A stretch of DNA of 42,506 bases from Holosporales bacterium (GTDB lineage Bacteria; Pseudomonadota; Alphaproteobacteria; UBA3830; JAIRMZ01), in NCBI GenBank assembly GCA_031279495.1, contig JAITIJ010000074.1:1-42506 (forward strand), read 5' to 3'. The position numbers and the translations under genes are program-made. A model generated the notes under the pieces. It did no database searches and was not told the origin of the DNA. It saw only the letters and a program-made list of their open reading frames with translations. Shown here one piece after another: positions 34,970 to 42,506 of the stretch (the stretch's first letter is position 1; each line of letters opens with the position of its first letter).

Positions 34970-36628
34970 TTAGTCATCGTAAGAAACTGGGGCAACCTCG
35001 CCAAGGGTTTGAAAGACCTGTTCGTTGATTTTAATAGTACGATGATTCCGACTATAATTAAGCGCTTGGTGGCACAGATCTGCGCTAATTCCGCGCTGCC
35101 ATTGAAAAGACGTTTCAGTTTTATCTGCAGGAACATCGGGAAAGGCTTTTATTGCAGCTGCTACGATAACAGTACCAGCGCAGGTTTTTCCAAAGTGCTC
35201 TTCAACAATTCCTTCTCCTATTGGAGCTTTCTGAAGACGCATCAGGAAGTCTTCCCGCATATACTCCTTTCCAATGGGCGCTTTGTGCTGCACAATGTCC
35301 TTATAACTAAACGGTCGCAACGTAGCATACGAGAGATGATGGAGCGTCGTAAGATCTTTTAGTGTCTTGCCTTTTTTTAATTCTTCCAGAAGATTTTGCG
35401 CTAAAGCTTTCATGCGGTCTTTTCGTTGATGTATGCGCCAGCACTCGAGTACTTTCTCCTTTACTTTTTCAAATATTTCTACATGTTCGGCAATTATCTT
35501 GTCTACCCGCACGAATATCCAACGCCCCTCACGAGTCTCGATAAAGGTGCCATTTCCCCCTTCTTCGATATTCCCGAGCTCTTTATGCAGTTCTGTTGCA
35601 ACTTTTGCGTAGTGTGCTGGAACGAATTTACTATGAAAGAGCGGCTTTGCACACCATGTTGACGTCGTCAATTGGACAAGAGGGTACTGTGTTGCAAGTT
35701 CTTCAATCGTTTTGCCACCTGCCAACGCATCTTCAAGTGTGCGTATGGCATCTGCTACACGCTCGACCAACACCTCTTGCCGCAAGTCTTTTTCAAGCAC
35801 TGCGCGCATTTCCTCAAGGCTTTTGATGGTTGGCTCGTCCACGGAACGCTCAATGTATTGATCGTACGCGCGCTTTATATCTTCTTCTGCGATAACAATC
35901 GTCTTTTCTATTGCTTCCTTATCAACTTCTGCAACCGTAAAAAGCCGTTGTTCTGGAACGATGAAATATTCTTGATGTTCGTCATAGAAATTTTTTAAAT
36001 CGCCCGGAGGCTGCTCAGCAGGAACTAAGACATTCTTTTCTTCGATAATAGCATAAGCCACTTCACGTTTTTCTGAGACTGCGGCATTCAATGCAGCTGC
36101 GTAAACTGGTGGCAAATGTGCCAAGAAAAATGGGAGAGAGAACAGCGACATCTCCGTTTCCTGCCGCAGGTGGCGTAGAAACGCCTCCTCAGGAAGGCGA
36201 AAAGAGGCTAATGCCGCACGCAGCATATTTTTGTTGAAAGCTCCAGTTTCGTCACGAAATCGCGGATCTGTGCGCATGGTAGTCATTACAACTTTGTCTC
36301 CTACATAGAGATTGCAATCAGACAATTCCTGTGCCACTAAGTGCTGATGGATGAAGGAGAGAAGTACCTGTTCGGGCAATTTCATTTCTTTCGCTTTTTC
36401 GTCGCTGATAAAGCCGAAGCGTTCCTGCAGATTCTCCTTGTAACGTCGATAAGTTAAACTAAACTCGCGTGCTGTCACCTTTTTGCTGCCAACTTTAAGA
36501 AGGTAATCTGGCGTGCCCAAATGCATAATGACACCACCCATGCCCCACAAAATAAAAACAAAAGCAATAAGGAAAAACAGCAATTTCGCAGCAATTGACC
36601 GAGAGAATCCGCGGATAAACTCTAGCAT
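34970..36628 (-). CDS. ppiD: Periplasmic chaperone / peptidyl-prolyl isomerase PpiD-like (SurA-N family)
   Basis: The N-terminus is MLEFIRGFSRSIAAKLLFFLIAFVFILWGMGG, a single N-terminal anchor typical of PpiD. A long helical chaperone body follows. At 552 aa it shows no clear parvulin signature. Confidence 0.75.
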   Translation of the reverse strand: MLEFIRGFSRSIAAKLLFFLIAFVFILWGMGGVIMHLGTPDYLLKVGSKKVTAREFSLTYRRYKENLQERFGFISDEKAKEMKLPEQVLLSFIHQHLVAQELSDCNLYVGDKVVMTTMRTDPRFRDETGAFNKNMLRAALASFRLPEEAFLRHLRQETEMSLFSLPFFLAHLPPVYAAALNAAVSEKREVAYAIIEEKNVLVPAEQPPGDLKNFYDEHQEYFIVPEQRLFTVAEVDKEAIEKTIVIAEEDIKRAYDQYIERSVDEPTIKSLEEMRAVLEKDLRQEVLVERVADAIRTLEDALAGGKTIEELATQYPLVQLTTSTWCAKPLFHSKFVPAHYAKVATELHKELGNIEEGGNGTFIETREGRWIFVRVDKIIAEHVEIFEKVKEKVLECWRIHQRKDRMKALAQNLLEELKKGKTLKDLTTLHHLSYATLRPFSYKDIVQHKAPIGKEYMREDFLMRLQKAPIGEGIVEEHFGKTCAGTVIVAAAIKAFPDVPADKTETSFQWQRGISADLCHQALNYSRNHRTIKINEQVFQTLGEVAPVSYDD

Positions 36629-36683
36629 CAGAACCCATCTTATTATAGAACGACAGAGGCCATTCTAAGGAGCTGTGAAAAAG

Positions 36684-37493
36684 ATGTCGAGAGAAGCGCA
36701 AGAAGTGGCATGGCCTCACCTTGGAAAAGAAATATTCGTTGCAAATTGGAAGATGAATGGCTCCTTGGCTTTTGTTGAGGCTTATGGCGCCCGCTTGCTC
36801 GAACAACATTCCACGATCTCCAAAAAAGCGTGCGTTGTTGTGTGTTCTCCTACGCCTTATCTAAAGACATTGCGCGATGCAGTGCAGGGAGCTGTATTCC
36901 TAGGCAGTCAGAACACAGCAACAGCTCAAAGCGGAGCATTCACTGGAGAGATGAGCGCAAACATGGCGGCGGATATAGGGTGTCGCTATGGATTGGTGGG
37001 ACACTCTGAGCGACGGCGACTTTATCACGAAAACGACACGATTGTGGTGGAGAAAGCACTACGCCTTGTTGAAGCGGGTGTTGTGCCTATTTTGTGTATT
37101 GGAGAAACCGAAGAGCAAAGAGAAATGAACGAGACAGCAGAAGTGTTGCATCAACAATTACGTCATATCTCTTCTCTTGGTCCTACGTCGGGACTGATTG
37201 TCGCTTACGAGCCCGTATGGGCGATAGGAACAGGAAAGACACCGACACCTGATAACGTCCAGAAAACGCACCGCATAATTTATGAAATTTTGGAAGAGCA
37301 TGGGCTATGCAATGTCCCACTTTTGTATGGCGGTTCTGTGACGGCAACGAATGCAGGGGATTTCTTGGCATTAAAGGAAGTGCAAGGCGTTCTTGTTGGG
37401 GGCGCAAGTTTAAAGACAGATGAGTTTTTGCAGATCATTCAGTGTCTGGACAAAATCTCGCAAGCTTCAGTACACTGCTCTTTAGATCAATGA
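36684..37493 (+). CDS. tpiA: Triosephosphate isomerase
   Basis: The translation shows ANWKMNG, GHSERR and AYEPVWAIGTGKTPTP. The ATG at 36684 lies 11 nt after AAGGAG. The track start, GTG 36675, is too close to the SD. Confidence 0.93.
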   Translation: MSREAQEVAWPHLGKEIFVANWKMNGSLAFVEAYGARLLEQHSTISKKACVVVCSPTPYLKTLRDAVQGAVFLGSQNTATAQSGAFTGEMSANMAADIGCRYGLVGHSERRRLYHENDTIVVEKALRLVEAGVVPILCIGETEEQREMNETAEVLHQQLRHISSLGPTSGLIVAYEPVWAIGTGKTPTPDNVQKTHRIIYEILEEHGLCNVPLLYGGSVTATNAGDFLALKEVQGVLVGGASLKTDEFLQIIQCLDKISQASVHCSLDQ

Positions 37494-37513
37494 GAAATTA
37501 AGGCTATTCGCAC

Positions 37514-37879
37514 ATGATGACGTTCCTCTTATCTCTGCATTTCGTAATAACTGTTGCGCTTGTTACGGTGATTCTGTTGCAAAAGAGCGAAGGAGGTGCA
37601 TGGGGAATGGGCGGAGGAACGAGTGGCGTTCTGACTCCGCGTGGCCAAGCGAATTTGCTAACACGCATAACAGCGATCCTTGCAGGAATATTTGCCGTTA
37701 ATTGCTTGATCATGGCGTCTTATGTGCATCATAACCACATGCAAACGGCAAAGAAGTCGCTTATTGATGAAGTAGCGCAGCAATCTGCTGTAGTACAGCC
37801 AGCCTCTTCGCAATCAGAGCAGTCGGAAGCACCGGCGGATACCACCTCTGATTCTGAGGGCGAGAAGGGTGCAGAGTGA
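37514..37879 (+). CDS. secG: Preprotein translocase subunit SecG
   Basis: The translation shows two TM helices, VITVALVTVILLQKSEGGAWG and ...LTRITAILAGIFAVNCLIMA. A Gln/Ser/acidic tail follows. The protein is 121 aa. Confidence 0.9.
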   Translation: MMTFLLSLHFVITVALVTVILLQKSEGGAWGMGGGTSGVLTPRGQANLLTRITAILAGIFAVNCLIMASYVHHNHMQTAKKSLIDEVAQQSAVVQPASSQSEQSEAPADTTSDSEGEKGAE

Positions 37880-39507
37880 CACTGCCGCGCTTTATTTTCG
37901 TTACAGGAGGGGTTGTTTCTTCTGTCGGGAAAGGGATTGCTTCAGCTTCTGTGGGAGCACTCCTTCAAGCGCACGGTTTCTCAGTCCGTCTTAAGAAGCT
38001 TGAGCCTTACCTTAACGTTGATCCAGGAACGATCAATCCTTACAAGCATGGCGAGGTATATGTCACCAACGATGGTGGCGAGACAGATCTTGATATGGGG
38101 CATTATGAGCGCTTTACAGGGATCCCAACACGCGCTATGGACCTTCTTACGACGGGTAAGGTGTATTCTTCCGTTATTGCGCGCGAGCGGCGCGGAGATT
38201 ACCTGGGCTCGGATATACAAGTCGTCCCTCATATTACCGACGAGATAAAAAGCTTCGTTTTGGCCGAAGTGCAAGATGTCGATTTTGTCATTTGTGAAGT
38301 TGGAGGCACAGTCGGCGATATCGAAAGCTTGCCATTCCTCGAGGCTATACGTCAATTGCGGCTCGATCTGGGGCGAGAGCGCTCGGTAAACATCCACCTT
38401 ACACTTCTGCCTTATATCCCTTCGGCAGGCGAGTTGAAAACCAAGCCCAGCCAGCATTCGGTGCGTGAACTACGCAGTATTGGTATTCAGCCTGAGTTTC
38501 TTATTTGTCGAAGTGCAAACGGTTTCGAAGAAGCGACGCGCAAGAAGCTCTCTCTTTTCTGCAATGTTCCGGAAAATCACATCGTTGATGCGCCCGATAC
38601 CCCTTGGCTGTATCAGATACCGCTGAATTTTCACAAAAGCGATCTCGATGGCGCCTTGTGTCGGTATTTTAGTCTAGAAAACACGCGTGCAAATCTTACG
38701 ATTTGGGAAGATCTCGCTGCGCGTTGGCAAAGTCCAAAAGGAACCGTCTGTATCGGTGTATTTGGGAAATATGCTCATTTCTTAGAAGCGTATAAATCGC
38801 TACAAGAGGCCATCTCGCACGCAGGAGTCGCACACAGTCTGAAAGTAGATGTGCGTTGGGTTGATACAGAGGATAAGGATCGTGTGCGCCAGGTCTTGAC
38901 TGAAGTGCATGGAATCATTGTACCAGGAGGATTCGGGACGCGTGGGATCTCGGGAAAGATCGCTGCCATTCGCTATGCCCGAGAAAATAAAGTTCCTTTT
39001 TTAGGCATCTGCCTAGGCATGCAATTGACAATCATCGAGGCCGCGCGCCATTTGTTGCATCTGCAGAATGCTTCTTCTACTGAGTTCGGAGAGACCACAG
39101 AGCCCGTCATTGCCTTGATGACAGAATGGATGCAAGGGGCACAGCTCCAGCGCCGCACAGCATGTGGAGATATGGGTGGCACAATGCGATTGGGGGCGTA
39201 TCCTTGCCTCATTCAGCCGGGAACGCGTTTGGCAGAGGCCTATGCGGGTCAAGAACAAGTCGAAGAGCGCCATCGCCATCGTTACGAGGTCAACAGTACC
39301 TACAAAAAGCGTCTGGAAGAGGTTGGGTTGTGCTTCTCTGGCATTTCTCCGGATGGAAGGTTGTCAGAGGTCGTAGAATACAAAGAACACCCGTGGTTCA
39401 TCGCGGTACAGTATCATCCAGAGTTTAAATCGCGGCCTTTTGCTCCCCATCCTTTGTTTGTGCACCTCATCCAAGCTGCGTGGACTCAAAAGGATTGTAG
39501 AAAGTGA
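37876..39507 (+). CDS. pyrG: CTP synthase
   Basis: The translation shows FIFVTGGVVSSVGKGI, the GATase motif GICLGMQL and HRHRYEVN. The protein is 543 aa. Its GTG start overlaps the secG stop (GTGA). Confidence 0.97.
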   Translation: MTLPRFIFVTGGVVSSVGKGIASASVGALLQAHGFSVRLKKLEPYLNVDPGTINPYKHGEVYVTNDGGETDLDMGHYERFTGIPTRAMDLLTTGKVYSSVIARERRGDYLGSDIQVVPHITDEIKSFVLAEVQDVDFVICEVGGTVGDIESLPFLEAIRQLRLDLGRERSVNIHLTLLPYIPSAGELKTKPSQHSVRELRSIGIQPEFLICRSANGFEEATRKKLSLFCNVPENHIVDAPDTPWLYQIPLNFHKSDLDGALCRYFSLENTRANLTIWEDLAARWQSPKGTVCIGVFGKYAHFLEAYKSLQEAISHAGVAHSLKVDVRWVDTEDKDRVRQVLTEVHGIIVPGGFGTRGISGKIAAIRYARENKVPFLGICLGMQLTIIEAARHLLHLQNASSTEFGETTEPVIALMTEWMQGAQLQRRTACGDMGGTMRLGAYPCLIQPGTRLAEAYAGQEQVEERHRHRYEVNSTYKKRLEEVGLCFSGISPDGRLSEVVEYKEHPWFIAVQYHPEFKSRPFAPHPLFVHLIQAAWTQKDCRK

Positions 39508-40349
39508 TTTGCAGGCGCGTTTTTGTTGGGCCTCTACCAATAGGTAACGATCTTCCTTTTACGTTGATTGCTGGTCCTTGTGCGCTTGAAAGCAGAGATC
39601 ATGCGCTTATGATGGCAGAACGCCTTGTTGCTTTGACGCAAAAGCTGCAGCTACCTTTTATCTTTAAGACATCTTTTGACAAGGCGAACCGCACAAGTAA
39701 CTCTAGCGCGCGCGGTGTTGGTCTGGATGCTGCTCTGCCGATTTTTGAAGAGATCCGATGTACGTATAAATGTCCTATAGTTACCGATGTGCACGAAAGC
39801 TGTCAGTGTACTGTGATGGCTAAAGCGGTAGATGTCCTTCAGATTCCGGCTTATTTATGTCGTCAGACAGATCTTCTTGTTGCGGCGGCGCGCACGCAAA
39901 AACCAATTCTTGTCAAAAAGGGGCAGTTTCTATCACCATGGGATATGACTCATGTCGTTAAGAAACTTACGGCGGAAGGTAATAACAATGTTTTGCTGGG
40001 TGAACGCGGTACCTGTTTCGGGTATAACGCGTTAGTCTCAGACATGCGCGCTTTGCCGGTGCTAGCGCAGATGGGTTATCCCGTGATTTTCGATGCAACA
40101 CATTCTGTGCAAATTCCAGGAGGACAAGGAACTTCGAGCGGTGGGCAGCGGCGTTTTATTGAGCCTCTTGCGCGTGCTGCGGTTTCTATTGGTATAGCAG
40201 GAGTCTTTATCGAGACGCACAACAATCCTGATATAGCTCCTTCTGATGGGCCAAACATGGTACCTTTTTCACACCTTGAGGATCTATTGCGACGCCTGCA
40301 AGATATCGACGGATGGGCTAAGACACATCCGCTTGTGGTAGAGAAATAA
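39504..40349 (+). CDS. kdsA: 2-dehydro-3-deoxyphosphooctonate aldolase (Kdo-8-P synthase)
   Basis: The translation shows LIAGPCALES, FKTSFDKANRTS, LQIPAYLCRQTDL and FDATHSVQ. The protein is 281 aa. Its GTG start overlaps the pyrG stop. Confidence 0.95.
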   Translation: MICRRVFVGPLPIGNDLPFTLIAGPCALESRDHALMMAERLVALTQKLQLPFIFKTSFDKANRTSNSSARGVGLDAALPIFEEIRCTYKCPIVTDVHESCQCTVMAKAVDVLQIPAYLCRQTDLLVAAARTQKPILVKKGQFLSPWDMTHVVKKLTAEGNNNVLLGERGTCFGYNALVSDMRALPVLAQMGYPVIFDATHSVQIPGGQGTSSGGQRRFIEPLARAAVSIGIAGVFIETHNNPDIAPSDGPNMVPFSHLEDLLRRLQDIDGWAKTHPLVVEK

Positions 40350-40663
40350 TGTGGGAGCGTTTTTCCAAGTTCGTAGCCCCTCTTTTGACCATTCTTTGTA
40401 TCGGTTATTTTTCCTATCACCTTGTAAAGGGGGATAGAGGCTTGCTCGCTTGGATTCAACTTGAAAAGAAACGTGCAGAGGCAACACGCTATTTGGCCGA
40501 AATTAAGGAAAAGAATCAAGCGCGTTGGCGTAAGATCCTGCATTTGCAGAATCGCAGCCTAGATCTCGATCTTCTTGGCGAGCAGGCATATTTTCTGGAA
40601 CTTGCGCATCCAGATGACATTATTATCCTAGTTCCAGAGTACACCTTTTCTAAAGAGAATTAG
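40349..40663 (+). CDS. ftsB: Cell division protein FtsB / septum formation initiator family
   Basis: It has a single N-terminal TM helix (FVAPLLTILCIGYFSYHLV). A coiled coil follows (GLLAWIQLEKKRAEATRYLAEIKEKNQ), then LDLDLLGEQA. Its position after kdsA is typical. There is a 1-nt TAATG overlap. Confidence 0.8.
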   Translation: MWERFSKFVAPLLTILCIGYFSYHLVKGDRGLLAWIQLEKKRAEATRYLAEIKEKNQARWRKILHLQNRSLDLDLLGEQAYFLELAHPDDIIILVPEYTFSKEN

Positions 40664-40686
40664 GAATATAAGCTGCTCATGATTAT

Positions 40687-40771
40687 GCGGGCGTGGTGGA
40701 ACTGGTAGACACGTCAGGTTTAGGTCCTGGTGATGAAAGTCGTGGGGGTTCAAGTCCCTCTGCCCGCACCA
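40687..40771 (+). tRNA. tRNA-Leu (anticodon UAG)
   Basis: The sequence is GCGGGCGTGGTGGAACTGGTAGACACGTCAGGTTTAGGTCCTGGTGATGAAAGTCGTGGGGGTTCAAGTCCCTCTGCCCGCACCA. It has a 7-bp acceptor stem, anticodon loop UU-UAG-GU, a long variable arm (class II), a GGTTCAAGTCC T-arm and an encoded CCA. It is 85 nt long. Confidence 0.95.
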
Positions 40772-40791
40772 GTTTTTTTAGGGATGAACAC

Positions 40792-42180
40792 ATGCGCATT
40801 ATAAAGGAATCTGTCGAGGATTTTCAGCACCATTATGAGGTTTTACTCCCCTCTGCAGAAATTATGGAAAAAGTGGAAGAGAGGTTGGTGCGCATCTCTC
40901 CAAATGCGCGCATCCCTGGTTTTCGCTTAGGGAAAGCTCCTTTAGCTGCTGTTCAGAGACTTTATGAGCCCTCTGTTTATTCAGAAGAGGTGGAAAAACT
41001 GATCTCAGAGACAGTCAAATCGATTGTTGCAAATAGCAAGGCGCGCCTTCGACAAGATCCTCGTGTCGAAATTCTTGCCGACACAGAAGAAGGGCTTACT
41101 GTTTCCGTTGATTTTACCGTTCTTCCGACAGTAGAGGCGCCCAAAGATTTCTCTAACCTTTGTTTAGAGAAACTTGTTGTAGAGGTTGAGGACAAAGAGG
41201 TTGATGAAAGGCTTGAGTATTTGCGAAAAACGCATCGAGGATGGAAAGAAGCTCCTGTTACTCATTCGTCGCAAAAGGGAGACCTAATTGTTGCAGATAT
41301 CTTTACGAAATCTTCAAAAAAAGCGCTAAATAACGACAAGGCAAAAGGCCTTTCTTTCGTTATTGGTGGAGGAAAATTCGTTGCGGACTTTGAAAGTCAT
41401 TTTCTCGGAGTTTCTGCTGGAAAACGTCTTTCTTTCTCCGTTACATACCCAAAGAACACAACCGATAAACAGTTTTCGAACGCGACCGTACACTACACGG
41501 CTTTCGTTAAGCAGGTGTGCATAGCGACGACTTTTGATTCAGACGAAGATTTTGCGAAAGATGTTGGGTTCGATTCTGTTGCTGCGTGTCGCGCAAACAT
41601 AAAGACGCATCTTAAAAGTGAGTACGAGAAGCTTTCTGCCAACCACCTTAAACGGCAGGTTCTGGATGTTTTATCAGACCGCTATGTTTTTGAGATTCCT
41701 CAGGATATAGAAGAGGCAGAGTTTACTGAGATCTGGCAGAGTTTCGAGTACGACAACAAGGAGAAGCTGGGGAATATTTCCAAAAAAGAGTTGGATACAA
41801 TTCGTACGAATTACAGAAACATCGCCAACAGGCGTGTGCGATTGGGGCTTCTGATTGCGGAAGTCGCCAGACAATCTAAGGTTAGCGTAGCACAGAAAGA
41901 GCTCGATGAGTGCATAGCAAATGTTGCCACACATGAAGATCCACAAAATGCAGAAAAGCTCTATGCGTATTATCGGCGCAATCAACAAGCGGTTGCTGTT
42001 GCGCGTGCATCGGTTCTTGAGGATAAAGCTATCGCGCATATCGTAACGCAAGCACAGGTATCTGAGCGAAAAGTTTCCTTGGAGGAAATAATGAGAGAAA
42101 AAAGAGAAGCCTCATCAACGAATGGCGAAGAAAAATCTCTTTCTCAGAAAAAGGCTAAAGATAGAGGAAAAGGACGATGA
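40792..42180 (+). CDS. tig: Trigger factor
   Basis: The N-terminus MRIIKESVEDFQHHYEVLLPSAEIMEKVEERL...IPGFRLGKAP carries the ribosome-binding GFRxGxxP motif. FKBP-like and C-terminal arm regions follow, then a Lys/Glu-rich tail. The track ORF starts at 40693, inside tRNA-Leu. The ATG at 40792 lies 7 nt after AGGGA. Confidence 0.93.
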   Translation: MRIIKESVEDFQHHYEVLLPSAEIMEKVEERLVRISPNARIPGFRLGKAPLAAVQRLYEPSVYSEEVEKLISETVKSIVANSKARLRQDPRVEILADTEEGLTVSVDFTVLPTVEAPKDFSNLCLEKLVVEVEDKEVDERLEYLRKTHRGWKEAPVTHSSQKGDLIVADIFTKSSKKALNNDKAKGLSFVIGGGKFVADFESHFLGVSAGKRLSFSVTYPKNTTDKQFSNATVHYTAFVKQVCIATTFDSDEDFAKDVGFDSVAACRANIKTHLKSEYEKLSANHLKRQVLDVLSDRYVFEIPQDIEEAEFTEIWQSFEYDNKEKLGNISKKELDTIRTNYRNIANRRVRLGLLIAEVARQSKVSVAQKELDECIANVATHEDPQNAEKLYAYYRRNQQAVAVARASVLEDKAIAHIVTQAQVSERKVSLEEIMREKREASSTNGEEKSLSQKKAKDRGKGR

Positions 42181-42454
42181 ATTTGAGATTAGGAATGGGG
42201 TTCTTTCGCTTTTTGTTCGCCGCAGTTGTTGTGTTCCAACGTAGTGGAGTGTGGGAGGAAATGCATCGAAGAACGGGCAGGTGGCCTATGGATGCTGTAA
42301 GCTGTTTTTTTTGTTATATCTGGCTTTCTATATCTACTATATGGCAATGGTTATTAAAAAATATCCAACAGCTATTAGCTTCTATAAAAGTAGATTCTGT
42401 AAGCTTTATCCGATTTATTTTGCGTGTTTAGGTCTCTATGCTGTTTCTGCTTAA
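42177..42454 (+). pseudogene. Decayed N-terminal remnant of an acyltransferase-3 (OafA-like) family gene
   Basis: Two overlapping frames each carry part of the family N-terminus. Frame 42177 gives GFFRFLFAAVVVFQRSG (compare LRFLAAxxVVxxH). Frame 42251 gives KLFFLLYLAFYIYY...FYKSRFCKLYPIYFACLGLY (compare VDxFFVLSGF...FYxRRxxRIYPxYF). Joining them needs a frameshift near 42240..42290. The conserved His and SGF are replaced, and a stop at 42454 truncates the ORF. Confidence 0.35.
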
Positions 42455-42506
42455 TTTCTGCGTTGTTTGCGCATTTGTGTAACAGGCTGATTCAGGATAA
42501 AGTGGA

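Noticed and set aside
40693-40791. N-terminal 33 codons of the tig track ORF
   Set aside because: This segment is the tRNA-Leu gene read as protein (MVELVDTSGLGPG...). Trigger-factor homology starts at the ATG at 40792.

Overview
This 42.5-kb window is gene-dense, with about 35 protein genes and 2 tRNAs. It reads like core chromosome of an alphaproteobacterium, probably a host-associated lineage with a streamlined genome. That placement is inference from a CckA-type kinase, a CtrA-box motif, the msbA-DUF374-waaA arrangement, tRNA-Leu directly upstream of tig, many 1-10 nt gene overlaps, one isolated flagellar gene and decayed gene remnants.

Gene order:
- cckA (partial, minus strand, runs off the left edge and is absent from the supplied ORF track)
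- hup, tkt, two small orphan exported proteins, then about 1 kb of non-coding DNA
- recO, pgpA, trmB, flgE, rlmB-plsY-dprA-topA
- msbA-DUF374-waaA plus an orphan membrane protein (minus strand)
- tal, priA, dapE, glyS-glyQ, amiC-mrcA
- one ORF that joins an RluD-type pseudouridine synthase to an RlpA lipoprotein
- tRNA-Lys, nusB, a Pro/Ala/His-rich repeat protein, ppiD
- tpiA-secG-pyrG-kdsA-ftsB, tRNA-Leu, tig, and a decayed acyltransferase remnant

I saw no CRISPR array, transposase, integrase, prophage, or recognisable defence or toxin-antitoxin module. Most of the window is ordinary housekeeping.

The non-ordinary content is:
1. The exported repeat protein at 33357..34586. It has two poly-proline plus WH2/thymosin-like modules, in-frame 60-bp tandem repeats and a CtrA-box in its promoter region. 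This is my best candidate for something new, as a possible host-actin-directed effector. That reading is inference only.
2. The in-frame rluD-rlpA junction near 32017.
3. The 4.57-6.96 kb pocket of orphan exported proteins plus a 1-kb G-poor non-coding gap.
4. A solitary flgE with a sigma-54-type promoter.

All calls come from reading the sequence and translations by eye. No database search was run.
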